Below, in pieces: positions 14,874-22,942 of a stretch of 24,000 bases of DNA (within the stretch, counting starts at the first letter, position 1; the number at the start of each line of letters is the position of its first letter). The stretch is from Coleofasciculaceae cyanobacterium (GTDB lineage: Bacteria > Cyanobacteriota > Cyanobacteriia > Cyanobacteriales > Coleofasciculaceae): assembly GCA_049683475.1 (NCBI GenBank), contig JBAUJE010000237.1, positions 11,548 to 35,547 of the forward strand, read 5' to 3'. Position numbers and translations under genes: made by a program. The notes below the pieces were generated by a model. It was not told where the DNA came from, made no database searches, and was given only the letters and a program-made list of their open reading frames with translations.

Positions 14874-15266
14874 GCCTGGAAATCCTTGCGTGTACTGTTC
14901 TATCTATGTTAGGTAATTCTACCACATCGCCACACTGTTCTATTATCTAGGTATAAATTTGTAAACTCACCAAGGCTAACTAAGCTCGGTTGAGGGGTGA
15001 ACCTTTTAGTGGCAAACATTTACTTACTAGCCCATAGATGCCATTAAGGAACCGCCCGAACATTGTCCGGGCGGAGTGTGGTGTGAGGAGTGAACGGAAA
15101 CTTGCGTCTCCGCTATCTCTATTGTAAACTACTGATTTAGTTTTGTTGGCATTACCCATAAACCAATCAAGATTTTTTTTAAGGGAGTAATCTTTAGGGG
15201 TCTAGGGTTATCAAAATCTCCACGTCTGCGCCCCTTTGTATAACCCACCGACTCCCCCCATCTGGG

Positions 15267-16430
15267 TTACTTACCCATACCTAGCTGCTGGGCTTTCTGA
15301 TATACCTTGCCCTCTGTTAGTAGGGAAGGAGCAATAATTACTTCTACTTGCTGCATTTCCTTGAGGTTTTTTGCTCCTAATGTACCCATACTGGTTTTTA
15401 ATGCCCCTAAAAGGTTGTGGGTTCCGTCATCAAGTTGTGCAGGTCCAGTAAGAATTTGCTCCAGAGTGCCGGTGCTACCTACCTGAATGCGTGTACCACG
15501 GGGTAGAACGGGGCTAGGGGTAGCCATTCCCCAATGAAAACCTTGTCCTGGTGCTTCTTTGGCTCGAGCAAAAGGAGAGCCAATCATGACACCATCTGCT
15601 CCGCAGGCGATACATTTGCAGATGTCACCACCAGTAACTAAACCACCATCAGCAATTACAGGAACATAGTTACCGGTTTCTTGTTGGTAGTCGTCGCGAG
15701 CAGCGGCACAATCAGCTACAGCAGTTGCCTGAGGCACACCTACACCCAAGACACCACGAGATGTACAAGCGGCACCTGGACCAATGCCAACTAACACACC
15801 TGCAGCACCAGCTTTCATCAAATTAAGGGTGACTTCATAGGTAACGCAATTGCCCACAATCACCGGCATAGGCATTTCTTGACAAAACTCAGCTAAATCC
15901 AAGGGAATTACCGACTCCGGTGAAAGATGAGCTGTCGAAACGACAGTTGCCTGCAAGAAAAATAAATCAGCACCGGCAGACTTAACAATAGAACCGTATT
16001 TACTCGCCCCTGCCGGAGTTGCACTCACAGCGGCAATACCACCTTGTTCTTTAATTTCTCGAATTCGCTGGCTAATCAGTTCTGGCTGAATCGGTGAATT
16101 ATAGAGTTCCTGCATTAAGGGGACAAACTCTGACTTACCCACCGCAGCAATACGATCAAGCACTGGTTCTGGATCGGCATAGCGGGTGTAAATACCCTCT
16201 AGGTTGAGGACACCTAAAGCTCCCATCTGAGATAGGAGGACTGCCATTTTTACATCTACGACACCATCCATGGCACTAGCAATGATAGGAATTTTCCGCT
16301 CAATCCCACCAATCTGCCAGCAAGTATCTGCCAAACTGGGGTCGAGTGTACGCTGTCCAGGAACTAGTGCAACTTCATCTATGCCGTAGGCTCTGCGAGC
16401 TTTCTTGCCTCGCCCAATTTGAATTTCCAC
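15267..16430 (-). CDS. IMP dehydrogenase-related protein lacking the CBS pair (GuaB3-type)
   Basis: 387-aa ORF with a GTG start. It has an IMPDH/GMPR TIM-barrel and the catalytic-loop-like GIGPGAACTSR (compare the IMPDH GIGPGSICTTR). There is no CBS-domain insertion, given its length and continuity. Confidence 0.85.
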   Translation of the reverse strand: MEIQIGRGKKARRAYGIDEVALVPGQRTLDPSLADTCWQIGGIERKIPIIASAMDGVVDVKMAVLLSQMGALGVLNLEGIYTRYADPEPVLDRIAAVGKSEFVPLMQELYNSPIQPELISQRIREIKEQGGIAAVSATPAGASKYGSIVKSAGADLFFLQATVVSTAHLSPESVIPLDLAEFCQEMPMPVIVGNCVTYEVTLNLMKAGAAGVLVGIGPGAACTSRGVLGVGVPQATAVADCAAARDDYQQETGNYVPVIADGGLVTGGDICKCIACGADGVMIGSPFARAKEAPGQGFHWGMATPSPVLPRGTRIQVGSTGTLEQILTGPAQLDDGTHNLLGALKTSMGTLGAKNLKEMQQVEVIIAPSLLTEGKVYQKAQQLGMGK

Positions 16431-16476
16431 GCTTTTTTACTTCCAAGCTTATTTAAGCTAGGTTATCAAATTGGGG

Positions 16477-18420
16477 TCAGGATTGCTTTGACTGCTCGGA
16501 AGATAGGGGAGGTGAAGAAGCAGGGTTCTTCCTTTGTAACTGTATTGTAGATACTGGCGGAGGGGGTGGAGTAACACTTGACTTCTTCTCTGAGATTTTT
16601 GGCGTCTGCTCTATGCCAGTATTTTTGTCCTCTTCACGCATTAGTTGTCTAAGTTGACCAAGTAGTGACCCTAGCTTACCTTCATCGAATAGGGAATTAA
16701 TCATGGACAAGCCACTGGTGGAAAGAAGTAGTTTGTTAATATCACCTACGCCTCCCTTGCCATTACCATTACCGTCATTGGCACCAGGGAAAGAGTAAAT
16801 GCGGGTATCGCCCAAAATTCCTGGTTGCGGAGCCAAAGCTTTAACAATTTCTGGCAATTTCTCCGCTAAATCAGGCCAGATAGTTGTAATAATCTGCGCC
16901 GTGAGCTTGGCATCACTTAAGGAGTTTTCTGCCTCAATCAGGGCCCGTTTACCTTCAGCTTCTGCTAAAGCGTTATCTCGATTGGCTTGTGCCAAAGTAC
17001 GGATCGATTCAGCCTCTAATTCTGCTGCTTGACGGGCAATTTCAGCTTGGCGGCGACGGCGGAAGACATCGATTTCCACCACGTTCTGATCAGAAATACG
17101 CCGTTGCTGGGCTTCTTGTTCGGCAGCAATAATTGAAAGACGTTGTTCCCTTTCCGCTTTTTCAATTTCCGTGGCGGTGACAACAGCTGCTTCAGCCTGA
17201 GCACGTTCTGCTTCAGCCGCAAAACGTTCCCGTTCTTTTTCAGCAATGGCGATCGCCGCTTCTTGTTGGGCAATTTTTGACTCTTGCTCAGCTTCAGCTA
17301 CCTGTACTTGGGCTTTGAGGCGAGAAGACTCTACGCTTCGCTGACGGGTAATTTCGGCAATTTCTGCTTCTTGTTTTTGCAGGGTTTGGGTAACTTTGAG
17401 CTGTTTATTACGTTCTTCTAGGGCAATGTCAGCTTCAATTTGGTTCTGCTGAACTGATAGTTTTTTGCGGATTTCTTCTTCTTCTACAGACTTATCCTGC
17501 AAAATCTTAGTACGTCTTACCGTTGCTGCTTCTCTGTCTTTTGATTCTTGAATTTCTCGCTCTCGTTGGGCTGTCAGGGACTCGACTTCTAGCTGTTGCT
17601 CTAGTTTGGCACTCTCTTGTTCTTGGGCAATGCGTAAAGATTGCTTTTGAGCATCTAGTTGCTTCTGCTCAATCGAAACCTGGGTGTTTAACTCAACTTC
17701 TGTTTTTTGTTGAATTGAACGCTGGATAGTTTCAGTACGTAGACGTACACCTTGAGCATCGAAGAAATTGTTTGTGTCGTAGGTATCACTCTCTTCAATC
17801 TCAGAAATAGCAATGTTGTTAAGGGTTAAACCGACTTTTTTCAAGTCCTGCTGAATTAAATTCAATACTTCGTCAGCAAATCCCAATTTGTCAGAGTCAA
17901 TTTCTGCTAAACTCTTTTTCTTAGCCGCAGCTCGAATCGCATCATCTGCCCGTTTTTCTAGGGCATCTTTAATATCTTCAGCAGAAATTTTGCCTTGCTT
18001 AGATAAGCGTGCTGCTGCTGTTAATACATCTTGTTCATCGGCATTAATACAGACATAAAAAGTTACTCGCATATTGGCACGCAAGTAATCTTGAGTGCGA
18101 ACTGCAAGTTTGCCTGTACGCTCAACATCGATAGAAAGTTCCCTTAAAGGAACGCGGGTAAGTTCGTGAAATCCTGGTAGCACAACGCAGCCACCATTGA
18201 GAATTACTGTTTTCTTTTTGATAAAAACGCCACCAGTTCTAACAAATGCCTCGTTGTTGGGAGTAATGACATAAACCCGCGTATATGCCCAAACACTGAG
18301 GAGTAGTAATACAACCAGTGCGCCAATCAGACCAGGAAAAAAGAGTATTCCCGCCGGAAGTTGAGCCAGGGGGGCATTTATAGGAACGGGTTGAATTGTT
18401 TGATAATTAGTGTTTGACAT
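16477..18420 (-). CDS. Flotillin-like SPFH/band-7 protein (YqiK/FloT class)
   Basis: 647-aa ORF. It has an N-terminal membrane hairpin (GILFFPGLIGALVVLLLLSVWAY), then an SPFH domain. A long Glu/Ala/Gln-rich coiled coil follows (EAEQESKIAQQEAAIAIAEKERERFAAEAERAQAEAA), then a Pro/Ser-rich tail. Confidence 0.9.
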   Translation of the reverse strand: MSNTNYQTIQPVPINAPLAQLPAGILFFPGLIGALVVLLLLSVWAYTRVYVITPNNEAFVRTGGVFIKKKTVILNGGCVVLPGFHELTRVPLRELSIDVERTGKLAVRTQDYLRANMRVTFYVCINADEQDVLTAAARLSKQGKISAEDIKDALEKRADDAIRAAAKKKSLAEIDSDKLGFADEVLNLIQQDLKKVGLTLNNIAISEIEESDTYDTNNFFDAQGVRLRTETIQRSIQQKTEVELNTQVSIEQKQLDAQKQSLRIAQEQESAKLEQQLEVESLTAQREREIQESKDREAATVRRTKILQDKSVEEEEIRKKLSVQQNQIEADIALEERNKQLKVTQTLQKQEAEIAEITRQRSVESSRLKAQVQVAEAEQESKIAQQEAAIAIAEKERERFAAEAERAQAEAAVVTATEIEKAEREQRLSIIAAEQEAQQRRISDQNVVEIDVFRRRRQAEIARQAAELEAESIRTLAQANRDNALAEAEGKRALIEAENSLSDAKLTAQIITTIWPDLAEKLPEIVKALAPQPGILGDTRIYSFPGANDGNGNGKGGVGDINKLLLSTSGLSMINSLFDEGKLGSLLGQLRQLMREEDKNTGIEQTPKISEKKSSVTPPPPPVSTIQLQRKNPASSPPLSSEQSKQS

Positions 18421-18507
18421 AGTTTTTATATAGCAGTTCTCAATTCCAGAATTTAAACTTCATTTCAACTACTACAAAGCTTTCTGGTTAATTTTCGGAG
18501 ATGTCTA

Positions 18508-19392
18508 TTAATAATTTTCGCTTCCTGGCAAATTAGCCAACCATTCCTGCTCGTCTGAACTATCCTTAGCAACTACTAAATAACTATTATTCTGCTTGTC
18601 AATTACTAAAACTTGGCTACCACGAGCAGGTATAATTTTTGCCCAGTTTGGTAAATTGGCATTAATTGTGACAAGATTACGGGCTTGGTCGAGAACATCT
18701 ACCTGACCGATTTTACTTTGACCTTCTGGGGGAATTAAGGAAGAACTGACAGTACCGTGACAACCAATTAGACGTTCACTACTGGCATCTTCCCCAAAGG
18801 AGGCAAAAACTTTACCCAAGGGTTGGGAAATTAAACCCCCGACAAACAGGCTAATTAATAATGACACCCCTGAAACAGCGCCAGCAAAAAAACCAGTTGG
18901 AATATTGCCAGTGATACCCCCAAGGATGACATTGAGTATCCATCCTGTAACACCCAAAATACTAAAGTCAGTTGCTAGAAGCAAAATTATAGGGACTTTA
19001 CCAATACCTAACCAGCCAAGGATTTGACCTAAACTCAACTCACCGTTGGCATCTGTGTTTGTATCAATGTCCCAAGGACTGAGATTAGTATCTATGTCGG
19101 CATCAACATCGACATCAACATCGGCATCGGTATTAAGGCTATCTTCCCCTCCACCGGAAACAATGACCAATAAAAATAGTAAGACTCCCATACCCAGGAA
19201 GATCCAGTAGGGTAGGTTGGCTAGATCAAACAGCATGGACAGTAGCGATCGCGAAGCTTGGGTTAAATTGTGACTTTCGTCAAACCAATCTAGCCTAGCC
19301 ACTGGCAAGGGAAAATAGGTAAAACCGATACTATTTTTAACTCTGGGCTTAATTACCATCGTTAGCGAAGCCGCTGGATGATTTCTCTTCAA
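18508..19392 (-). CDS. YqiJ/NfeD-like membrane protein (partner of flotillin)
   Basis: It has several hydrophobic helices and a C-terminal soluble beta-rich tail (GQVDVLDQARNLVTINANLPNWAKIIPARGSQVLVIDKQ) that looks like an NfeD OB fold. It lies directly upstream of flotillin, as in the yqiJ-yqiK and nfeD-floT pairs. The start is uncertain. The track start is TTG at 19392, and ATG codons lie at 19359 (M12) and 19236 (M53, MLFDLANLPYW). I favour one of the ATGs. Confidence 0.7.
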   Translation of the reverse strand: MKRNHPAASLTMVIKPRVKNSIGFTYFPLPVARLDWFDESHNLTQASRSLLSMLFDLANLPYWIFLGMGVLLFLLVIVSGGGEDSLNTDADVDVDVDADIDTNLSPWDIDTNTDANGELSLGQILGWLGIGKVPIILLLATDFSILGVTGWILNVILGGITGNIPTGFFAGAVSGVSLLISLFVGGLISQPLGKVFASFGEDASSERLIGCHGTVSSSLIPPEGQSKIGQVDVLDQARNLVTINANLPNWAKIIPARGSQVLVIDKQNNSYLVVAKDSSDEQEWLANLPGSENY

Positions 19393-19777
19393 TAACCCGT
19401 TAGACTTTTATAACTATATAGATATTCGCTCAGTTAACTTCTTTTCTATTAACTTATATAGCAATTCTCATTTCCATGAGGCGCATTGAATTTTCTTACC
19501 GACTCCTGACCCCCTACAATTCAGGGCTTTATAGCTTACAAGTGCGAAAAACTCTACAAATTAGGCTTTTCTCCATCAGATTGATTAGTAACTATTAAGT
19601 AGTAATTATTTTTTTGCGCTCTTCCCAATCAACTAGTAATGTAAACTTATGTAAATCCTACTTTTCCTACTTTAGACTAGTGATAAGAGTCACAACAAAT
19701 AAGATTTGGAGTCACATAAATAATCTTTTGATGACCAGATAATTTAATTAATCGATAAGATAAAAAAAGGAAGAAAA

Positions 19778-20110
19778 ATGGCGCTTAACTACAGAGGTAT
19801 TTCTCACGAAAAGGCAGAGCAGTTTCAAGTTGTATCTGATAATAGAGCCAAATTTAACCAAAGCACAAAGACCAAACTTTGCTACCGAGGTGTTCCCTAC
19901 GAGAAGAAGAACAACCAGTTTAAAATTGTTGAATCCGAGAGTGAAGCAAAATTCCGTGGTCGCTACTACATGATTCATCGGACATCAGTTCAAGTACCAG
20001 TCACTAAGCCAGTTAATGTTTCTGAGTCTAAACCAGAAACCGTGCTGAGGTTCCTTGGTCGTCGCTATGCTATTTCCCCTATATTTGTTGAACCGGTTAG
20101 ACAATTTTAA
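19778..20110 (+). CDS. DUF4278-family small protein with internal repeats
   Basis: 110-aa ORF with an ATG start and AGGAAG upstream. It has repeated LNYRGISHE / LCYRGVPYE / KFRGRYY / RFLGRRY modules, which fit the cyanobacterial DUF4278 pattern (Y/F-R-G-x-x-Y). Confidence 0.75.
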   Translation: MALNYRGISHEKAEQFQVVSDNRAKFNQSTKTKLCYRGVPYEKKNNQFKIVESESEAKFRGRYYMIHRTSVQVPVTKPVNVSESKPETVLRFLGRRYAISPIFVEPVRQF

Positions 20111-20224
20111 TTTTGATCTGCTATTGATTTCCCTGGTTAATAACCAATAGAAATAGGGCAGAAAATAGCCATCAACCTAGCGCTGTTATCTGCCTTAATG
20201 TGCTATCTCGATTCAGTTAACAGG

Positions 20225-21052
20225 TTAGCTCACATCCTGAAGCAGTTTCTCAATCATTTCAGGACTTAACTGCTTAATATTATTGAGTACTATTCTGGCC
20301 TCAGCCGCCTTTAGGGTTTGCTCGTAGGTTTTGCTGCGTTCTGGTGTTTCCTGAACGTGAGGCGGTAAAATACCCACACCAATCCAAGTACGTCCAGGGT
20401 AAACAGTTCGAGCTTTTCTGACTGTATATAAATCGGCGACGGTATCTCCTGCGTAGATAACTGGTAGCTCAATTTCACGCTGATGTCGCTGCTCTAAGAG
20501 CTTAACTGTTGCTAATAAACCTGTAGGATCAGGTTTGCTAGGAGCATCTTCCATGGCAACCAGCACAGGACTTTGCAGACCTAAGCGTCCTTCTAGAGCA
20601 TACTTAGCTTCATCCTGTGTTGCACCACTGAAAAATCCCCAGAGAATGCCTGCTGCTGTTAGATTTTCCAGATAGCTAGCTTCTAGCAGCAATGGTTCAT
20701 TACAGATGTAGCCTGTCCAATTTTCCGGGTTTGCTCCTCGGTAGCGACAGTTAAAATAGTCAACAAGAGCTTGGTAGTCAAGTTTTACCTGCTCCCTGGT
20801 TTGACCTTGAGCTTCAAAATGTCGATAAACTAACTCCCTAGATGCTTCCCAATCGTTATTCCAAACACCTTCAGACTTAAGTTGATCTATATCTGCCAAA
20901 CCAGGACGGTATGCACCGTCAGTATAGTACTCTACCGTATCGGCGATCGCCCGTCGGTAAGAGTTGCCAACGTCGCGAACAACACCATCTATGTCAAAAA
21001 CCACAATAGCTCTACTGTTTGGGGTAGATTCTGCCGATTTGAGATTGCTCAC
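20225..21052 (-). CDS. HAD-superfamily hydrolase (subfamily IA-like)
   Basis: 275-aa ORF with a GTG start. HAD motif I VVFDIDGVVRDV (DxDG), a distal SKPDP (motif III Lys region) and GDTVADL (motif IV). Confidence 0.8.
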   Translation of the reverse strand: MSNLKSAESTPNSRAIVVFDIDGVVRDVGNSYRRAIADTVEYYTDGAYRPGLADIDQLKSEGVWNNDWEASRELVYRHFEAQGQTREQVKLDYQALVDYFNCRYRGANPENWTGYICNEPLLLEASYLENLTAAGILWGFFSGATQDEAKYALEGRLGLQSPVLVAMEDAPSKPDPTGLLATVKLLEQRHQREIELPVIYAGDTVADLYTVRKARTVYPGRTWIGVGILPPHVQETPERSKTYEQTLKAAEARIVLNNIKQLSPEMIEKLLQDVS

Positions 21053-21059
21053 CAGTCAA

Positions 21060-21260
21060 AAATCTTAAATTCAAAGCTTCTGAACCACTATATTCTGATG
21101 AACTACTCACGACCTGCGTTGCTAGGTCGGAGTTTCTGACGCTTCTTTGCCCCTAGTTGTCTCATGCAAACGCCAAGAGATAGAGCTAAGCGACTCTGCG
21201 TCTGAAGAGGACAGTTCCTGCCCCCTTGCCCAAATTAAGTTAACTTGAGCAGCATTAACA
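21060..21260 (-). ncRNA. Predicted omega RNA (reRNA) of TnpB, overlapping the tnpB 3' end and running into flanking DNA (extent approximate)
   Basis: Established TnpB biology places the omega RNA scaffold over the tnpB 3' end and RE, with the guide just outside RE. Seen here: hairpin ACTC-a-CGACCT[gcgttgct]AGGTCG-GAGT at 21105-21133 spanning the stop codon. An imperfect 9-bp pairing TTCTGACGC (21134-21142) / GCGTCTGAA (21198-21206) is also present. There is no expression evidence. Confidence 0.4.
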
Positions 21261-22366
21261 TCACGATCCTCGATATGATCGCACTGAGGATTAGAGCAAA
21301 CATGTGTTCTATCGGCTAAAGTCTTAGGTGTTATTTCCCAGCATTTAGCACAACGTTGAGAAGGTTTGAGAGTACGAGTCGGTGACTCAAGGTAAAAGCC
21401 TCCTGCCTCGGTCGACTTATAGTCAAGCATTTGACTAATCACGGCAAATCCTACTTCTCGTATCGACCGATTTAGCCCTGCTTTTTGAGCTTTACCTTTA
21501 CTACCCTTAGCCTTACCCGTCATACCTTTAACGTTAAGCTGTTCACCAGCAATTAGGCTATTACCGCTAACTATATTACTGGTGAGTTTGTGTAGCCAAT
21601 CTGACCGTTGCCGAGTAACTTTACGTTGCGCCTTGGATACTTTTAAGCGAGTTTTCTTCCAACGCCGCGAGGCTTTAACTTTCTTGTTTCTGTTGGGGGA
21701 ACACTTGCGCCTTAGTTTCTTAGAAGCAGCTTTTACCTTTTTTAGACCTTGTTTAAGAAAGTTAGGCTTACCAACCTTCTCGCCAGTTGAAAAAGTTACT
21801 GCCTCCTTACAACCCAAATCAAGACCTATAGCACCTGCACCTGTTTCTCTTTGGGGTAAGCATTTGACAGTAATCGAGGCATACCATTTCCCGTGACGGT
21901 AAACAATAGTGCATGTCGTCGGCTTTCCCCAAGTACGCGCTTGACCCCGCATTTGTAATCTTCCCAAGTTAGAAAGAATGAGTCCACCGTTTTTACCGCT
22001 AGTTTCTACTTTCCATCCAGCATTACAGGGATATGTCCATCCTGAGTAATGCCTAATCGATTTAAATCTTGGGTATTTACCAAGACCTTTAAAGAAACGA
22101 GTAAAGGCAAAATCGACACGTTTTAAGGTGGCTTGCAGAGCATGAGAACCTAGTTCTTTATACTCAGTCCAGACTTGTTTGAACTCTGGTAAACAGTTTT
22201 GTTGCTCCAAGTAATTAACCGAGTGTTCAAACTTTTTGTATTGAGTAATCCTATTGGAAACCGCCGCGTTATAAAGATCTTTGTGCAAGCGCCTCCAATA
22301 GCTCAGCTTTTGAGACTGAGCCTTGGTTGGATATAAGCGAAACGTAACGCGGCGGGTTATACTCAT
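21122..22366 (-). CDS. tnpB: TnpB (IS605 OrfB) RNA-guided endonuclease, apparently full length
   Basis: 414-aa ORF. N-terminal VTFRLYPTKAQ (OrfB_IS605 type). RuvC-I is AIGLDLGCKE. The zinc finger is CAKC...CSNPQC. RuvC-III is HIEDRDVNAAQVNL. There is a Lys/Arg-rich linker. No internal stops. Confidence 0.92.
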   Translation of the reverse strand: MSITRRVTFRLYPTKAQSQKLSYWRRLHKDLYNAAVSNRITQYKKFEHSVNYLEQQNCLPEFKQVWTEYKELGSHALQATLKRVDFAFTRFFKGLGKYPRFKSIRHYSGWTYPCNAGWKVETSGKNGGLILSNLGRLQMRGQARTWGKPTTCTIVYRHGKWYASITVKCLPQRETGAGAIGLDLGCKEAVTFSTGEKVGKPNFLKQGLKKVKAASKKLRRKCSPNRNKKVKASRRWKKTRLKVSKAQRKVTRQRSDWLHKLTSNIVSGNSLIAGEQLNVKGMTGKAKGSKGKAQKAGLNRSIREVGFAVISQMLDYKSTEAGGFYLESPTRTLKPSQRCAKCWEITPKTLADRTHVCSNPQCDHIEDRDVNAAQVNLIWARGQELSSSDAESLSSISWRLHETTRGKEASETPT

Positions 22367-22392
22367 GGTCTGAGTTTAGCATTGAGTTTTAA

Positions 22393-22809
22393 ATGAAGTC
22401 AACCAAGTTAAAGTCTCGCGCCCACTGTGCTTACAATCTTAATGCTCATATTGTGTTTGTCACTAAGTATCGACGTAATGTTATCAATATTGAAATGCTC
22501 CAGACTTTGCAAAGTATTTTTACTAGACTTTGCTTGGCAAAAGAGTGTGAGTTGTTAGAATTTAGTGGCGAAACCGATCACGTACACTTGTTGATTAGTT
22601 ACCCTCCAAACGTTACGTTATCGAAGTTAATCAACAACCTCAAAGCTGTCTCCAGTAAGTTGATTCGTCAGCAGTTTTCTGAGCAAGTGAACAAGCACTA
22701 TAGTAAGCCCGTATTTTGGACTCAAGCGTACTGCATTATTTCTGCTGGTGGTGCACCACTAGATGTACTAAAAACCTATATTAATTCCCAGGAAAAACCT
22801 ACAAGCTGA
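22393..22809 (+). CDS. tnpA: IS200/IS605 TnpA, Y1 (HUH) single-strand DNA transposase
   Basis: 138-aa ORF. It has YNLNAHIVFVTKYRR, the HUH motif in TDHVHLLISYPP, and a C-terminal catalytic-Tyr region FWTQAYCIISAGG. Confidence 0.93.
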   Translation: MKSTKLKSRAHCAYNLNAHIVFVTKYRRNVINIEMLQTLQSIFTRLCLAKECELLEFSGETDHVHLLISYPPNVTLSKLINNLKAVSSKLIRQQFSEQVNKHYSKPVFWTQAYCIISAGGAPLDVLKTYINSQEKPTS

Positions 22810-22857
22810 CTGCCGCTAACCCCTCCCTGACGAGCCTTGATGGGGAATGCGCGGCAG
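22810..22857. other. Stem-loop immediately after the tnpA stop (tnpA terminator and/or IS left-end structure)
   Basis: CTGCCGC (22810-22816) pairs with GCGGCAG (22851-22857). There is an inner CCCC/GGGG stem. A second bulged hairpin CTG-TTCAG[ttggggg]CTGAA-ta-CAG lies at 22861-22885. Confidence 0.5.
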
Positions 22858-22942
22858 AAACTGTTCAGTTGGGGGCTGAATACAGTAGAATTATTAATCG
22901 TACAGTGATTGTAAGAATCCTGGGAGCAACCTGGAGGTTTAT

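Larger units (their letters stand above)
21060..22930 (-). mobile_element. IS200/IS605-family insertion sequence with divergent tnpA and tnpB (boundaries approximate)
   Basis: It contains a Y1 HUH transposase and a TnpB separated by only 26 bp. There is a bulged subterminal hairpin at 21105-21133 next to the tnpB 3' end (expected RE). Hairpins at 22810-22857 and 22861-22885 lie beyond the tnpA 3' end (expected LE side). Host genes resume at 21052 and 22943. The exact ends cannot be fixed without a second copy or an empty site. Confidence 0.8.

Noticed and set aside
15052-15074. The hairpin CCGCCCG[aacattgtc]CGGGCGG in the 393-bp trxA/guaB3-type spacer, considered as a terminator or small RNA.
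   Set aside because: It lies ~200 nt downstream of the guaB3-type stop with only a weak T-rich tail on the minus strand. I recognise no known sRNA motif (6S, SRP, tmRNA, riboswitch). It is left unannotated.
16900-17700. The repetitive-looking Glu/Ala/Gln-coding stretch in flotillin, considered as a DNA tandem repeat.
   Set aside because: The periodicity is at the amino-acid level (coiled-coil heptads). No exact nucleotide repeat units were found. This is compositional bias of the EA-rich flotillin domain.
22810-22942. An attempt to define the exact left end of the IS by finding a hairpin matching the right-end hairpin (CGACCT...AGGTCG).
   Set aside because: No sequence similar to the RE hairpin occurs beyond tnpA. 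Two different hairpins (22810-22857 and 22861-22885) are candidates. The boundary and the TAM cannot be assigned from a single copy.
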